Shown one piece after another: positions 62,809 through 64,000 of a stretch of 64,000 bases of DNA. Location: the NCBI GenBank assembly GCA_963664325.2, contig CAXXDQ010000004.1:352001-416000 (forward strand), given 5' to 3'. The first letter of the stretch is position 1; each line of letters begins with the position of its first letter. Made by a program: the position numbers and the translations under genes. The notes below the pieces were generated by a model, which did no database searches, was not told where the DNA came from, and was given only the letters and a program-made list of their open reading frames with translations. The stretch is from Desulfomonilia bacterium. Its GTDB lineage: Bacteria; Desulfobacterota; Desulfomonilia; UBA1062.

Positions 62809-63756
62809 TCAACTCATGCCTGCAAGAAAGGCTTCATTAATCTGTCTGCGCATATCGTTAAGGCCAGGGCCTCTGATTGTTTTAACGAAATGGTGGCCAA
62901 ACCTGAGGTTTTGAGCAAGCCAGGGCAGGGCCAGTTTAAAGCGTTTGACGGCAACATCCTCTGGAAACCATGTTTCAATGCTGTCGCATAAAGTGAGCAT
63001 AACGTCCTTGATAGCAGGCATACCGTAAATTAAACTTTCTGAGTAAAGCTCTCGGATTTCCCTGAATATCCAGGGCTTGATAATTGCACTTCGTCCTATC
63101 ATTACACCATCACAACCTGTTTCATTAAACATGCGTACAGCATCGGCAGCTGTTTTAACATCACCGTTTCCAATTATGGGAATACCCAACTTATTTTTAA
63201 GACTCGAGATATATTCCCATTTAGCAGGACGCGTTAGTCCGTCCGTTTCTGAACGTGCATGCAGAACCAGGAAATCCGCCCCTGCTGATTCTATCATCCT
63301 GCCGAACTGGAGCAGGTATGGAAGGTCATGTTTCTGGCCGATTCGTATTTTAACTGAAAGCGGCCTGGTGGTAGCTTTTCTGGCAGCAGATATAACCGCT
63401 TCAGCGGCGGTTAGATCTTTCATCATTGCTACACCCCAGCCGTGGCAGGTTATCTTTTTCAAGTAGCAGCCCATATTGATGTCAATTCCCCAAGGGGAAA
63501 AACCATCAAGCCTTTCTACAGAAAGGCGAACTTTTTCGGGATCATTCCCTACAATCTGAATAATTAGATCATCTGTTTTTTTGAATTTAAGGTATTGAGA
63601 AAGAGCCGGATTTTCATGAGGGACCATCCTTGAATTGAGCATTTCCGTGTAAAACAAATTGCACCCGCCAAAGCTGCGGACGAGATCCCTATAAGGTTCA
63701 TGGCTTAAATCGACCATGGGCGCCATGAACAGCGCCCTGTCCGGGATGATGGGCAT
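62809..63756 (-). CDS. tRNA-dihydrouridine synthase family protein
   Basis: APMV, DINMGC, VKIRIG, LHAR, GNGDV, DGVMIGR. Confidence 0.9.
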   Translation of the reverse strand: MPIIPDRALFMAPMVDLSHEPYRDLVRSFGGCNLFYTEMLNSRMVPHENPALSQYLKFKKTDDLIIQIVGNDPEKVRLSVERLDGFSPWGIDINMGCYLKKITCHGWGVAMMKDLTAAEAVISAARKATTRPLSVKIRIGQKHDLPYLLQFGRMIESAGADFLVLHARSETDGLTRPAKWEYISSLKNKLGIPIIGNGDVKTAADAVRMFNETGCDGVMIGRSAIIKPWIFREIRELYSESLIYGMPAIKDVMLTLCDSIETWFPEDVAVKRFKLALPWLAQNLRFGHHFVKTIRGPGLNDMRRQINEAFLAGMS

Positions 63757-63758
63757 TT

Positions 63759-64000
63759 CTATTTTTTCTTAAGTACCACCAGGGCATCAACGGCAATCGG
63801 CGTGTCACCTTTGATGATAAGGGGATTAATGTCGATTTCCGCAATGTCGTCATTTTCGATGCCAATATTCCCCAGATTTACAAGTATTGATGCCAGGAGA
63901 TCCCTGTTTACAGCGGGTTTGCCCCTGAAGGCGTCAAGCAGCTTCTTTGATTTGATTTCATCCATCATCTCAAGGGCATCCTTCTTTTCCAGAGGGGCGA
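63759..64000 (-). CDS. ADP-forming acyl-CoA synthetase ATP-grasp subunit, 3' end (truncated by window)
   Basis: LLDAFRG.PAV, IAEIDINPL, AVDALV. Confidence 0.85.
   Translation of the reverse strand, partial: APLEKKDALEMMDEIKSKKLLDAFRGKPAVNRDLLASILVNLGNIGIENDDIAEIDINPLIIKGDTPIAVDALVVLKKK

Overview
Bacterial chromosomal window. Gene content suggests an anaerobic deltaproteobacterium (Desulfobacterota/Syntrophales-like); this is inference. The right half is core, probably origin-proximal housekeeping: ybaB-recR, the tRNA-Gly/rimP-nusA-ylxR-infB-rbfA-nrnA-truB-rpsO-pnp superoperon, tatD, suhB, parS-parA-parB-dnaN-gyrB-gyrA (no dnaA or recF), apgM and dus. The middle holds purA, serA, hsp20-lon and a ZMP/ZTP-riboswitch-controlled glyA. 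The left ~23 kb is accessory and rich in lipid-acting genes: an ACP/ApeI/ApeP/PlsY mini-operon, an Fe-S flavoprotein-SCP2 fusion, a lipoprotein-anchored linalool dehydratase/isomerase homologue, a plant-type FAAH amidase, PAP2 and GH1. Signals the ORF track misses: a probable selenoprotein (FmdB-type zinc ribbon ending C-G-P-S-U-G with a SECIS-like hairpin), a PHP-fold protein that has lost most metal ligands, gene remnants of ddl and agmatinase, a sigma54 promoter, several leaderless-type promoters and an AT-rich trough across core genes around parS. No CRISPR array, transposase, integrase or prophage was seen. All family calls are by eye from motifs; no database searches were run.
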